Positions 14,308 to 25,518 of a stretch of 64,000 bases of DNA are shown one piece after another. The first letter of the stretch is position 1; each line of letters opens with the position of its first letter. The translations under genes and the position numbers were made by a program. The notes beneath the pieces are model-generated. The model was not told the origin of the DNA. It saw only the letters and a program-made list of their open reading frames with translations, and did not search any database. The DNA is from an uncultured delta proteobacterium (GTDB taxonomy: Bacteria; Myxococcota_A; UBA9160; UBA4427): assembly GCA_963822965.1 (NCBI GenBank), contig CAWGJT010000005.1, forward strand, positions 352,001 to 416,000. Reading direction: 5' to 3'.

Positions 14308-14761
14308 GCCGCCGCGTTCGACGCAACCGGAAGCTCACCGGCAACTCGTCGCGCACGCGCGACGGATCGATTCGGGAAAGAACGCGCGACCCGATGTGCA
14401 GCTCGCTCGCTCCACCCGCGCATCGTCGATGCGCGAGTGCGCAACGCGGCGAACACGAAGCCGTGCGAGACTCCGCCGACACGATGTGACGCACTCCACG
14501 AAAAGCGCGAGTTTCGTTGACACCGGTCATCGCGACTGTCAGCATCGTTCCCGATCCCGCGGACAGTTCCGCGGTAAGCGGAGCGACGGAGCAACGAACC
14601 ATCGGAGCACCGGGCAAGGCGGAGCACCCGGAGAGCACCGCAAGACGCTTCCCGACGTCCCCTCGACCCTTCGACACAGGATCGAGACACGACGCGAGAA
14701 ACGAACGCGCGAACGAACCCCGGAACACGCCGGACACGAGCCGGAAACGAGGCAGAAGAAG

Positions 14762-15016
14762 ATGACGGTGGAAGAGATCGCCTGGGAGTTCGCGGGCGTG
14801 TTCGACGAGCTCGATCCGAGCCAGATCAACGAGATGCTGGCGAAGAACGTCCCTCTCGACAGCCTCGCCTTCTTCACCGAGTACGCCGAGCACTTCGCCC
14901 AGATCGAGAAGATCGAAGGCGACACCCAGAAGCGGCTGCCGAACCTGATGCTCATCGGCTACCTGCTGCGCGTGCTCGAAGAGCGCCTGCTCGAGGACGA
15001 CGAAGCCGTCGGCTGA
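14762..15016 (+). CDS. Small acidic helical hypothetical protein (84 aa; start uncertain)
   Basis: Coding-like GC3 bias and protein-like composition (MTVEEIAWEFAGVFDELD..LMLIGYLLRVLEERLL); no family recognised. Confidence 0.7.
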   Translation: MTVEEIAWEFAGVFDELDPSQINEMLAKNVPLDSLAFFTEYAEHFAQIEKIEGDTQKRLPNLMLIGYLLRVLEERLLEDDEAVG

Positions 15017-15250
15017 CTTCGGTCGCGTTGGCACTTCGGCCGCGTCGGTCATGGCCGCACTTCGGCCGCGTCGGTCATGGCCGCACTTCGGCCGCGTCGG
15101 TCATGGCCGCACTTCGGCCGCGTCGGTCATGGCCGCACTTCGGCCGCGTCGGCCACAGCCGCACTTCGGCCGCGCGGGCCCCAGCCGTACTTCGGCCGCG
15201 TTGGTGCCTTCGGCCGCGTTGGCTACGGCCGTACCTTCGGCCGCGTCCGT
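15017..15250. repeat. 26-bp tandem repeat array (4 exact copies plus about 5 degenerate)
   Basis: CACTTCGGCCGCGTCGGTCATGGCCG at 15032, 15058, 15084 and 15110; decaying copies at 15136, 15162 and 15188 onward. Confidence 0.95.
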
Positions 15251-15614
15251 CTCCGCCGTGGGCGTCCGCGGCGGGAGCAGTCCGACAGAGCCCCGACAGA
15301 ACGCGGACGAATGCGGGGCACGGCGGCGACGAACGTCGTCCACCGAGCCGACAGGAGCCGTCGGCATTCCCCGACACGGCTGCCACACGGCCACGACAGA
15401 ACCACGACAGAATGGCCGACAGAACCCGGACACCCGCCGGACATGGCGCCGACGAAGACGGGACAGAAGGCCCGACACGACGCCGACGGAACGACGGCGA
15501 AACGCGGGCTGATCCGGCCGGCTGCCACGACGAAGCCCGGACACAGACCGGATGCGGGCTCGACAGAACCCCCACAGAGCCCCGCGGCAGCGCCGCCGTC
15601 GGGAGCTCGGCGAA

Positions 15615-16250
15615 TCAGCCGGCTTCGGGGCGCCCGTAGCGCCGGACGAGCAGCGGCAGGTTCACGCCGTTCACCACCGCGTGGGCCACGATCGGCGCTA
15701 CCAGGTTGCCCGTCCACAGGAACAGCCCGCCGAACAGGAAGCCCGCCCCGACGGCGAAGACCGTCCAGGGCAGGAACTCGCGGCGGGGCACGAAGTGGAC
15801 GCAGCCGAAGAGCAGGCTGGCCAGCAGCCAGCCCACCCGGGGCTGCAGCGCCCCCCGGAAGAAGAGCTCCTCCGCGAAGCCGCTGGCCGCCGCGAGCAGC
15901 AGCGCGTCGGGCAGCGAGAGCGGACCCAGCGCCTCGGCCAGGGCGCGGGCCAGGGCGTCGCCCCAGCGGGTGACCCGGGTCGTCCAGTCCGAGAGACCGA
16001 TCAGGAGCCGCGCCGACCCCGGCGCCCAGCAGGCCGTCACGCAGCCAGGAGACGTCCTGGGGCGACGTCGCGTACCAGATGGACTCGCCGTAGAAGCCCA
16101 CCCGCCAGACGACGGCCGCGGCGGCCAGGGCCCCGTAGAAGACGAGCCCCAGCCGGACGAAGCCCGGGCCGGGGGACTCTCCGGCCCGGGACGCCGCGCC
16201 TCGGCATCCTCCGGCTCCGGCGCTCCGTCGAACGGCTCGGTCGGCCCCAC
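15615..16250 (-). CDS. CPBP (CAAX/Abi) family intramembrane glutamic endopeptidase (frameshifted)
   Basis: AEELFFRG, FGCVH and AHAVVN motifs; the N-terminal TM segment is in another frame. Confidence 0.88.
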   Translation of the reverse strand: MGPTEPFDGAPEPEDAEARRPGPESPPARASSGWGSSSTGPWPPRPSSGGWASTASPSGTRRRPRTSPGCVTACWAPGSARLLIGLSDWTTRVTRWGDALARALAEALGPLSLPDALLLAAASGFAEELFFRGALQPRVGWLLASLLFGCVHFVPRREFLPWTVFAVGAGFLFGGLFLWTGNLVAPIVAHAVVNGVNLPLLVRRYGRPEAG

Positions 16251-16410
16251 CCTGCTCTCCTTTACTCTCCGGACCCCTCGGATACTCTCCGGACCCCTCG
16301 GACTCGCCCTCTCGAACCCCTCGGACTCGCCGAGCCCCTCGGAGACTCCCCGCTCCTCGGGCGCTCGGCTGCCCTCCGGCGCCGTCAGCGGCCCGGCACA
16401 CGGGGGTTCG

Positions 16411-16439
16411 TTGACCCTTCCACGCGGGGAGAGTAGATT
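16411..16439 (+). promoter_or_regulatory. Sigma70-like promoter upstream of greA
   Basis: TTGACC-N17-TAGATT. Confidence 0.65.
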
Positions 16440-16529
16440 CCCAGGGTCACGGCGTCCCCCAGGGGCGTCGAGTTTCAATTTCAGGATTCCACCTGCAGAG
16501 CCCCCCTGCAGAACGGGGACTGTAACGCC

Positions 16530-17009
16530 ATGGCAGCAGAACGAGTCCCGATGACCGCTCAGGGCTACGAGCAGCTGAAGCAGGATCTCAAGCTGCTCAA
16601 GACCGTCGAGCGCCCAAGAACGTCAAGGAGATCGAGGAGGCCATCGCCCACGGCGACCTCTCCGAGAACGCCGAGTACCACGCCGCCAAGGAGCGCCAGG
16701 GCCATCTCGAGGCCCGGATCTCGATGCTCGAGGATCGCCTGGCCCGCGCCCAGGTGATCGACGTGTCCGGGCAGGCCCGGACCAGATCCGCTTCGGCTGC
16801 ACGGTGCGACTCGAGGACATCGAGACGGCGAGGAGGTCCGATACACCATCGTCGGCGAGGACGAGGCGGACGCCGCCTCGGGCCGCATCTCCGTCAAGTC
16901 GCCGGTGGCCCGGGCGCTGATGGGCAAGCAGGTGGACGATACCGTGTCCGTGGTGGTCCCGAAGGGGAAGCGCCAGCTCGACATCCTCGAGATCCTCATC
17001 GAGTCCTGA
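16530..17009 (+). CDS. greA: Transcription elongation factor GreA (frameshifted)
   Basis: [39 protein letters not shown]; stop TGA 17007-17009. Confidence 0.95.
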
Positions 17010-17044
17010 CGGGCGAGGTTCGCGGCTAGAATCCTCCGCCTCAT

Positions 17045-17120
17045 TCCTCGGTAGCTCAGTTGGTAGAGCAGGCGGCTGTTAACCGCCGGGTCGCAGGTTC
17101 AAGTCCTGCCCGGGGAGCCA
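17045..17120 (+). tRNA. tRNA-Asn(GTT)
   Basis: TCCTCGG..CCGGGGA-GCCA acceptor stem; anticodon loop CTGTTAA; T-loop GGTTCAAGTCC. Confidence 0.97.
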
Positions 17121-17350
17121 GATCCTCGCGGCCGTGAGTCCCAGGGCTCACGGCCGCGTCCACTTCCGCCGATCGACCCGCGAGCACGGACGCGAGAGCG
17201 CCAGGGCGAGATCGCCGAAGGAAGACATCGATGACGGGTTCTCCCCCCGCACGGGAGCGCGGCTCACGATGCTCGCCCCGTGAGCCGAAGCACCCGGAAT
17301 CGACCGCGCGCTTCCGTTAGGATCCCGCGATCCCACGGGCAGGGGGGGAA

Positions 17351-17964
17351 ATGGCCAGCCATCAGACCGTTCCTCACGACCGCGACGCGGCGTGCCTCCG
17401 GGCGGCGTCTCGCCGCCCTCTTGTGTCCTGGCGAGCCCGCTCGGCGCCGGCCTCGCCGCTTCGCCCGCCCGGGCGGAGCCGGCCTGGGTGCGGGGCGGCA
17501 TCCGGCTCAACCTGCGAACCGACGCCGGCACCCAGTACCGGATCATCGGCGGCGTCGAGACGGGAGACGCGGTGGAGATCCTGGGCCGCACGGAAGACTG
17601 GACGAAGGTGCAGCAACGCCGAGGGCAAGGTCGGCTGGATTCCCGAAGGCTACCTGCAGTCGGAGCCCCCGCCCGCCGTGCGCCTGTCCCAGCTCGAGGA
17701 CGAGGTGACGAGCCTGCGCGCGCAGCTCGAGACGAGCAACGCCACGGCCGCCGAGCTCGAGAGCACCAACGAGACCCTGGCCTCGCGCGACGCCGGCCAG
17801 CGCGCCGAGGTCGACCGCCTGAAGGTGGAGAACACCGAGCTGCGCGCGAGCAAGCGCTGGCCCGAATGGATCACCGGCGCGTCGGTGCTGGCGGCGGGCA
17901 TGCTGCTCGGCGCCATCCTGCACCGGAACGCGACGCGACGTCCGGGTCCCGCATCCGGCTCTGA
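17351..17964 (+). CDS. SH3-domain, coiled-coil, C-terminal TM protein (TIGR04211/YgiM-like; frameshifted)
   Basis: Signal peptide, LNLRTDAGTQYRII..GKVGWIPEGYL SH3b segment, coiled coil, then WITGASVLAAGMLLGAIL TM with a basic tail. Confidence 0.8.
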
Positions 17965-18055
17965 TCGCGCCGGGGCTTCGGCCGCGCGGGCTGACCCGGT
18001 GTGTCGGCCGCGCGGGCAGCGCTCAGGATCCGAGCTCAGGATCCGAGGCCGGTCC

Positions 18056-19414
18056 TCAGGACCCGAGAAAGTCGCTGAGCTTGTTGGCGAGATCGGTCGT
18101 CGTGATGAGCAGCACCCGGTCGCCCGCCTCGACGCGGTCCGGTCCCTTCGGCACCACGAGACGCTCTCCGCGGCGCAGCGCCGCCACCAGCACGCCGCGC
18201 GGCAGCCCCAGCCTGGCGAGCGGGCCCGAGGTGAGGCGGCTGTCGGCCGCGGCCTCGATCTCCATGATCTCCACCTGGTCGTCGAGCAGCGCCGCGCCCG
18301 AGCGTACGCTGCGGCCGCGGATGATCTGCAGGGTGAGACCGATGGTGAGCGAGCGGGGGCTGATGATCGCGTCGATCGTGCTCTCGCCCACCAGCCCCAC
18401 GAGCGCCGGGTTGTCGACCAGCGCGAACGCCCGTCCGGCGCCGAGCCGCTTCGCCAGCAGGCAGGCGACGAGGTTCGTCTCGTGGTCGTCGGTGACGGCG
18501 ACGAAGGTGGAGACCCGCTCGATCTCCTCGTCCTCGAGCAGGGCCTGGTCGGTGACCCGTCCGTTGATCACCAGGGCGCTCTCCAGCTCCTCGGCGGCGC
18601 GCCGGGCCTTGTCGGCCGCCGGCTCCACCACCGTCACGCGCACGTCCCGCGATTCCAGGCGACGGGCCAGGGCGAGCCCGATGCTGCTGGCGCCCGCCAC
18701 CATCACCCGGGTGCGCTGCTCGTCCGAGACGCCCACCAGGGACAGCACGTCCTTCAGCTCGAAGCGCTCGATCGCGAAGTAGACGAGATCGCCCGCCTCG
18801 ATCACCTCGGTTCCGCCGGGAATCAGCCAGCGGTCGCCGCGGTGGATGGCCACCGCGAGGGTGGGCGTCGCGGCGAAGAGCAGCTGCATGTCCGAGACCC
18901 GCAGGCCGGCGAAGTCCGAATCGGCGGCGATCTGGAAGCCTGCCACCAGCAGGTCGCCGCCCATGAAGCTGACCACGTCGATCGCCCCCGGCACCTCGAG
19001 CAGGGTGGCGATGCGCTCCACCGCCGCGGCGCTGGGATTCACGCTCACGCGCTGGTCGCTGTCGTCCCCGCCGAGGAGGCGGAAGCCCTCCTCGTGACCC
19101 TCCTCGTGGATGCGCACCACGAGTCGGGGCACGTGGAAGACGCGCGAGGCCAGCATCCCCGCGACCAGATTGGTCTCGTCGGACTCGGTCGAGGCGACCA
19201 GCAGCCCGGCGGTGGCCGCGCCCGCCTGGCGCAGCATCTCCACCGTGGCGCCGTTGCCCTCGATCACGTGCACGTCCAGGGTCTCGGAGAGCTCGCGCAC
19301 CTTGTCCGGGTCGCTCTCGACGAGCGCGACGTCGCGGCCGTCGGCGGCCAGCCGCGCCGCCAGGGTCTGCCCCACGAGCCCGCCGCCGACGATCACGATG
19401 TTGCTGCGCGCCAT
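18056..19414 (-). CDS. trkA: Trk system potassium uptake protein TrkA
   Basis: 452 aa with two RCK_N/RCK_C repeats; IVIVGGGLVG, TESDETNL, TDDHETNL. Confidence 0.93.
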   Translation of the reverse strand: MARSNIVIVGGGLVGQTLAARLAADGRDVALVESDPDKVRELSETLDVHVIEGNGATVEMLRQAGAATAGLLVASTESDETNLVAGMLASRVFHVPRLVVRIHEEGHEEGFRLLGGDDSDQRVSVNPSAAAVERIATLLEVPGAIDVVSFMGGDLLVAGFQIAADSDFAGLRVSDMQLLFAATPTLAVAIHRGDRWLIPGGTEVIEAGDLVYFAIERFELKDVLSLVGVSDEQRTRVMVAGASSIGLALARRLESRDVRVTVVEPAADKARRAAEELESALVINGRVTDQALLEDEEIERVSTFVAVTDDHETNLVACLLAKRLGAGRAFALVDNPALVGLVGESTIDAIISPRSLTIGLTLQIIRGRSVRSGAALLDDQVEIMEIEAAADSRLTSGPLARLGLPRGVLVAALRRGERLVVPKGPDRVEAGDRVLLITTTDLANKLSDFLGS

Positions 19415-19593
19415 CCGGTCCTCCTGGCCGCCGGGAGGTTACGGCCTGGCGCCCGGAACTGAAAGCCGGGGCGCCCCGCGGCCCCGGGGCAGCGCCCTCC
19501 GCGGTTCTGCGCGAACATCGTGGGCCGACCGCGGGTCGTCGGCCTCCCTCGAGCGCTGGCATCTCCGAAGACCGTCGAGCGACCGATCCAGCG

Positions 19594-21544
19594 ATGGCAA
19601 GCGCCCCCGACGACAGCGAGCTGCAGGGTCTCGGCCACCTCGGCGACGGGAGCGAGGACGATCGCCTGCGCCTGCGGCTGATCTTCCGCATCCTGCTGCG
19701 CTGCCTGTCCCTGCTGCGTCCCGTGCGCGGGCACGTGATCGCCCTCTTCGCCGGCTTCTCGACGATCGCGCTGCTGCTGCTGCCGATCGTCGTGATCTTC
19801 ATCGACACCCTCTGGACCCGGGTCCTGCAGGGCAACCCGATGCTCGACATCGAGGCGCGGTTCTTCGCGGTGCCCGTGCACCTGGCGACCGACGCGGCAG
19901 GCTTCACCGGCGAGCTGCGCCGCCTGGTGGCCGAACGGCTCATCTGGATGGGCGCGACGGTGGCGGCGGTGGTCACGCCGTTGGTCGCCGGGCTGTACTA
20001 CTACCAGGTGTGGATCCTGCAGCGGGTGAACCAGACCCTTCGGGTCGGGCTCCTCACCCACCTCCAGACCCTCTCCCTGCGCTTCCACGCGGACAACACC
20101 GTGGGCGACGCCGTGTACCGGCTCAACCAGGACAGCGCGATGGTGACCCAGCTGATCCAGGTGCTGGTGCTCACCCCCTTCACCGCCATTCCCCAGTTCT
20201 TCTACTCCGCCGTGGTGGTGACGGCCTTCGCGCCGAAGCTCGCTCTCATCCTGCTCTCGGTGTGGATTCCGAGCCTGGCGGCCGGCGCCTGGTTCTCGCG
20301 GCGGCTGCGCACCCGCTTCCGCCGGGCCCGGGAGGCCAACGCCGACCTCACGTCGCGCATCCAGGAGACCCTGGCCGGGATCCGGATCATCAAGGCCTAC
20401 GGAGCCGAGCGGAAGGAAGAGGCCGCCTTCACCCGGAGCAGCCACGAGGCCTTCGACGCGGCCTTCGACTCGCGCAATCTCTACGCCGTCTACCACACGG
20501 TGATGTTCTGGATCTTCGGCACCTTCGTGCTCGTGCTGACGGCCCTCGGCACCCTGGAGGTGATGCGGGGAACCGCGCTGGCGGCGGCGGCCGCCGGCTT
20601 CACGGTGTGGAACCTCGGCTTGTACAACTTCTTCAAGGCGCGCCTGGGAAGCGCGAGCGAGTCCCTGAAGGACGTCTTCAAGACCTGGGGACGCGCCCAG
20701 GACATCGCCATCGGTCTGGACCGGGTCTTCGAGGTGCTCGACCGGCGGCCCGAGGTGGAGGACGCGCCGGACGCCGTCCCCCTGGAAGGCGTACACCGGT
20801 CGATCCGATTCGAAGGCGTCGGATTCGGCTACCAGAGCGATCGACCGGTGCTGCACGACGTCGACCTCGAGGCGACCGTCGGCACGATCACCGCCGTCGT
20901 CGGTCCCACGGGCTCGGGCAAGAGCACCCTGATGGCGCTGCTGCTGCGCCTCTTCGACCCCAGCCAGGGGCGCATCGAGATCGACGGCGTGGACCTGCGG
21001 CGCTTCCAGACCGCCAGCGTGCGCGATCAGGTCTCCATCGCCCTGCAGGAGAACGTGCTCTTCGGCAGCAGCGTGCGCGACAACATCCGCTTCGCGGTGC
21101 ACGGACGCCAGCGACGAGCAGGTACGCGCCGCGGCCCGGGTGGCCGGCGCCGACGACTTCATCGAGGCCCTGCCCGACGGCTACGACACCGTGCTCGGCG
21201 AGCGCGGCTCGAAGCTCTCGACGGGCCAGCGGCAGCGTCTGTCCATCGCGCGGGCGGTCCTGAAGGACACGCCCATCCTGATCCTCGACGAGCCGACCGC
21301 GGCCCTCGACGCCGCCACCGAGCAGCGCGTGCTCCGGAGCCTGGCGGAGTGGGGCCGCGGACGGGCGATCTTCCTCATCACCCACCGCCTCTCGACCATC
21401 CGGCAGGCCGATCAGATCGCCTTCCTGAAGGACGGCACGGTGCTCGAGCGGGGCAGCCACGAAGCGCTGATGGCGCGGCCGGGCAGCGCCTACCGCGCCC
21501 TGGTCGAGGCGGAGCAGGTCGCCGCCGCTCGGGGTGCCGCATGA
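19594..21544 (+). CDS. ABC exporter, fused permease and ATPase (frameshift near 21100)
   Basis: TM domain, GPTGSGKST, LSTGQRQR, ILILDEPT, ITHRLST. Confidence 0.92.
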
Positions 21545-23536
21545 GCGCCGCCGCCACGCCCCGCGCCCGCGCCATGGAGGAGAGCGAGATCCTCGACACC
21601 CGCGAAACCATTGCGGGTGATCGTGCGCGCCATCCGCTACGTCGCCCCCTTCCGCTCGCGCTTCCTGGTGAAGCTGGGCCTGCTGCTCCTGAGCCTCATC
21701 CCGATGCTGATGCTGCCCTGGCCGGTGAAGATCATCATCGACCACGTGATCGAGGGTCGGCCGGTGGACGATCCCATCCGTCCCTATCCGGCGCTGCTGC
21801 AGCCCGCGATGGACCTGCTGGCGGGCCACTCCCCGGCGGAGATCCTGTTCATCACCATCGCCTTCCAGATCCTGCTCTTCCTCGTGATCGGCGCCTTCGG
21901 CGCGGCGGGCTCGGAGGGCGAGAACGCCGAGGCCTATCTCGCCAGCGGCTACGACACCGCGAGCCGCACCGAGAACGAGGCCAACCTGGGCTTCAGCCTG
22001 GCGGGAGGCCTGCTCGGCCTCTTCGACTTCCGCTGGACGATGCGCCTCACCCAGGCCCTGAACCACCACTACCGCACGCGACTCTTCGAGCGCATCCAGA
22101 CCCTGCCGATGACCGCGTTCGACGACGAGCGCATCGGCGACGCGGTGTACCGCGTGATGTACGACACCCCGGCCATCACCAACGCCTGCTATCGCATCCT
22201 GCTCACGCCGATCACGACGCCGCTGCACATCCTGCTGACCGTGGCCATCCTGACGTTCTTCTTCGGCGACCAGCCCCTGCTGATCGGCTCCGCCCTGGCC
22301 TTCCTGCCCCTGGCCCTGCTGGCCAGCCTGCCCCTGGCGGGCGCCATGCGCCGGGACAGCGGTCGCAGCCGCAAGGCTGGCGCCACCGCCACCGCCACCG
22401 CCGAGGAGGGCATGAGCAACATCCTGGCGGTGCAGAGCCTCGGCGGCGAGGACCGCCAGCGCGACCGGTACGAGAAGGACAGCTGGACGTCCTTCAGCCG
22501 CTACCGGGCGGTCTTCCGACTCACCCTCTACGCCACGGTGATCGGCGCCGTCCCGGGCTTCTTCCTCATCGGCTACGCGTTCCTCCACGCCGTCGACCTG
22601 GTGATCGCGAAGCAGATCAGCGTCGGCGACTTCGGCCTGCTCACCACCTACTTCTTCCACGTGCTCGTCTCCGCGGTCACGCTCGGCGGCCTGTGGTTCA
22701 ACCTTCAGGGCTCGGCGGCGGGCCTGCACCGGGTCTTCTTCCTGATGGACCTGCCGGGCGAGGCGGACGACCCGTCGCTTCCGGAGCTGCCGACCATCCG
22801 CCGGGGGCTCGAGATGGAGGGCGTGGAATACGGCTATCCCGACGGGACGCGGGCGCTGCGCGGTGTGAGCCTGTCGGCCCGCGTCGGCGAGATGATCGCG
22901 TTCGTCGGCCCGGCCGGGGCGGGCAAGACGACCCTCGCCTACCTGATCCCGCGCTTCGTCGCCCCGGACCGCGGCCGCGTGCTCGTCGACGGCCACGACG
23001 TGTCCCGGGTGAGCCTCGACTCCCTGCGCCGCCAGATCGCCTTCGTGTTCCAGGAGACTGTCCTCTTCGACGCCACCGTGGCCGAGAACATCCGCATGGG
23101 ACGGCCGGACGCCTCGGACGAGGCGGTGCGCGAGGCGGCGCGGCTCGCCGGCGCGGCGGAGTTCATCGATCAGCTGCCCCAGGGCTACGAGACGCCCCTC
23201 GGACGCGCGGGCGGCAAGCTCTCGGTGGGCCAGAAGCAGCGGCTCTCCCTGGCCCGGGCGCTGGTGCGCGACGCCCGCATCCTGATCCTCGACGAGCCCA
23301 CGTCGGCCCTCGACCCGGAGACGGAGGCCCGCTTCGTGGCCACCCTGCGCGAGGTGAGCCGGGACCGGCTCGTCGTCGTGATCGCGCACCGGCTCTCCAC
23401 CGTGCGTGCTTCGGACGAGATCCTCTTCCTCGACGGGGGCGAGATCGTCGAGCGCGGAAGCCACGCGCAGCTGCTCGAGCGCCCGAACGGCGCCTACCGT
23501 CGCTTCGTCGAGATGCAGAGCGGCCTGGCGGAGTGA
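21541..23536 (+). CDS. ABC exporter, fused permease and ATPase, likely heterodimer partner (frameshift near 21612)
   Basis: ATGA overlap with the previous gene; GPAGAGKTT, LSVGQKQR, ILILDEPT, IAHRLST. Confidence 0.92.
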
Positions 23537-23596
23537 GCGCCGGGAGCCGTCGGGCCCCGGGCGCCGGCGATCAGAGCCGCGTGTCCATCTCTGCGG

Positions 23597-24061
23597 TCAG
23601 AGCCGCGCGTACATACCGGCGAGGACGACGCCGGCGCTCGCGAGCCCGGTGAGCGCGCCGATCACACCGGTCCAGCCCGCGCGGCGGTGCCAGCGGACCG
23701 TCGACTCCGGCGCCGGCGGATCCGCGGGATCGCGCGTCACGTTGCGGCTGCCGCGCATGCGCCGCGCCCGGGTGAGAGCCACCGTACCGGCGACCAGCAT
23801 GGCGAGCACGCAGGTCTCGTGGAGCCGCAGGGTTTGGACGTGGAAGGCCCTCCAGACGGAGAGGTCCTCGCGGCCGAGGAAGGCGAGCTTGAGGCCGTAG
23901 GAGACGAGGAACGCCGCCACCAGCCAGGCACCCGCCAGCATGGCCCGTCGATGCCGGACCACGTCGCCGCGCCGGATGTACGCGACCCCGCGAATGACCA
24001 GCCCCGCGATCACGCCGAGGTTCACGAAAGCCGCCGTCCAGTAGAGAACCTTCGGGTCCAT
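23597..24061 (-). CDS. DUF420-like membrane protein
   Basis: Four TM helices with His motifs (RHRRAML, LRLHE, WHRRAG). Confidence 0.75.
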   Translation of the reverse strand: MDPKVLYWTAAFVNLGVIAGLVIRGVAYIRRGDVVRHRRAMLAGAWLVAAFLVSYGLKLAFLGREDLSVWRAFHVQTLRLHETCVLAMLVAGTVALTRARRMRGSRNVTRDPADPPAPESTVRWHRRAGWTGVIGALTGLASAGVVLAGMYARL

Positions 24062-24188
24062 GGCGTCTCCGACTCTACGAACCCACGACTCTAGGACACG
24101 ATCTGCGGCGCCGAGCCCCCGGCGAGGAAGGGCGGAGAAGGTCGGGAAACGGCGGAATCCAGGCGGGATTCAGGCGGCGAAGCAGGAC

Positions 24189-25442
24189 TCAGGAGCCGAC
24201 CGGCGCGTAGCGCGCGCGGGCCTCCTCGGGCGAGAGCCGCGCCGCCTTCGCGATGGCTTCGAGACGCGACGGATCCGCGAGGTCGGCCGCGGTGATCCGG
24301 CCCTGCAGCGCGAGCGCGGTGCGGAAGGAATCCGTGCCGGTGTCCACCATGCGGACGCGGGTGCGTCCGGTCTTCTGGTCCATGAGCTCGTCGAAGGGGA
24401 TGGGCACGATGCGGCCCTGCTGCCGGGTGATCAGGGCACCGCTCACCCCGTCGAGGAGCGCCCGCACGGCCCCAGCCCCCAGATCGCGCGTGTAGTCCCG
24501 GTCGAACGCGGAGGGCGTCACGCAGCGAAGCTCGTAGCCCACGTCCTTGTTGCCGACGGCGATGGTGACGCCCCGGGCGGCGAGCGTGTCCTTCAGCGCG
24601 TCGGCCAGCACCTTTCCGAAGGGGAGATCCGCCAGACGGATGTGGCCGTGCTCGTCCCGGGCCACGCTCTCGAGCATCTCGAAGTCCTGGGGGTCGATCA
24701 GCTCCGCCACGCCCTCGGCGACCACCGCGACCCCGGACGGATCGCCCTGAGCGAGCCCCTTCACCACGGCGCCCTCGATCACCCGGACCACGTCGTCGAG
24801 ACGGATGGCGCCGGGCGGATACTCCTCCCGGATCAGGCTCACCGAGGCGCCCGCCGCATGCCCCGCACCCAGGGCCAGGTGGCCCGCGTGGCGGCCCATC
24901 ACGATGAGCACGAACCAGCGGTTCGTGGTCCGGCAGTCCTCGTGGATGGTCTCCACGATCTCGCAGGCGTGCTGCCGCGCCGTCTCGTAGCCGAAGGTGG
25001 GAATGCCGCCCGGCAGCGGCAGGTCGTTGTCGATGGTCTTGGGAACGTGCACCACCTGCAGGCGGCCTTCGGAGACGTCCGCCACCCGCTTGGCCGAGAA
25101 GGCGGTGTCGTCCCCGCCGATGGTCACGAGCCGGTCGATTCCCAGGGCGTCCAGCGACTCCACGCAGCGGGTCAGGTGCGCCGCGTCCTTCGTGGGATTG
25201 GCTCTCGACGTGTGGAGGATGGAGCCGCCCTGCTGGTGCAGGCGCGAGACCGACGCGAGGTCGAGCGGCATCACGTGGCGCCGGGAGGCCGCCGCCTCGC
25301 GTCCCTCCATGAGCCACCGGAAGCCGTCCAGGATGCCCAGCACCTCGTGACCGTTCTGCAGGGCCGTCGTCGCGGCCGACCCGATCACGCCGTTGATCCC
25401 GGGCGCCGGCCCGCCCCCCACCACGATTCCGAAGCAACCCAT
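24189..25442 (-). CDS. pfp: Phosphofructokinase, pyrophosphate-dependent type
   Basis: GGGPAPGIN, TIGGDDT (Asp at the PPi/ATP discriminating site), PKTIDND, MGR, GYELR. Confidence 0.85.
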   Translation of the reverse strand: MGCFGIVVGGGPAPGINGVIGSAATTALQNGHEVLGILDGFRWLMEGREAAASRRHVMPLDLASVSRLHQQGGSILHTSRANPTKDAAHLTRCVESLDALGIDRLVTIGGDDTAFSAKRVADVSEGRLQVVHVPKTIDNDLPLPGGIPTFGYETARQHACEIVETIHEDCRTTNRWFVLIVMGRHAGHLALGAGHAAGASVSLIREEYPPGAIRLDDVVRVIEGAVVKGLAQGDPSGVAVVAEGVAELIDPQDFEMLESVARDEHGHIRLADLPFGKVLADALKDTLAARGVTIAVGNKDVGYELRCVTPSAFDRDYTRDLGAGAVRALLDGVSGALITRQQGRIVPIPFDELMDQKTGRTRVRMVDTGTDSFRTALALQGRITAADLADPSRLEAIAKAARLSPEEARARYAPVGS

Positions 25443-25518
25443 CGTCGGTCCCTCCCTCCCGTCCGGTTCCGCTCGCGACCGGAGACAGTAGCGGACGAAT
25501 CCGAGGTAGAGTTCCGTC

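Noticed and set aside
14484..14501. CRP/FNR-like site (TGTGA-N6-CCACG), and a RegA-like GC palindrome near 39140
   Set aside because: Only half-site or low-information matches, which are expected by chance at this GC content.
15017..15250. CRISPR array
   Set aside because: The units are contiguous tandem copies with no unique spacers, and no cas genes are present in the window.
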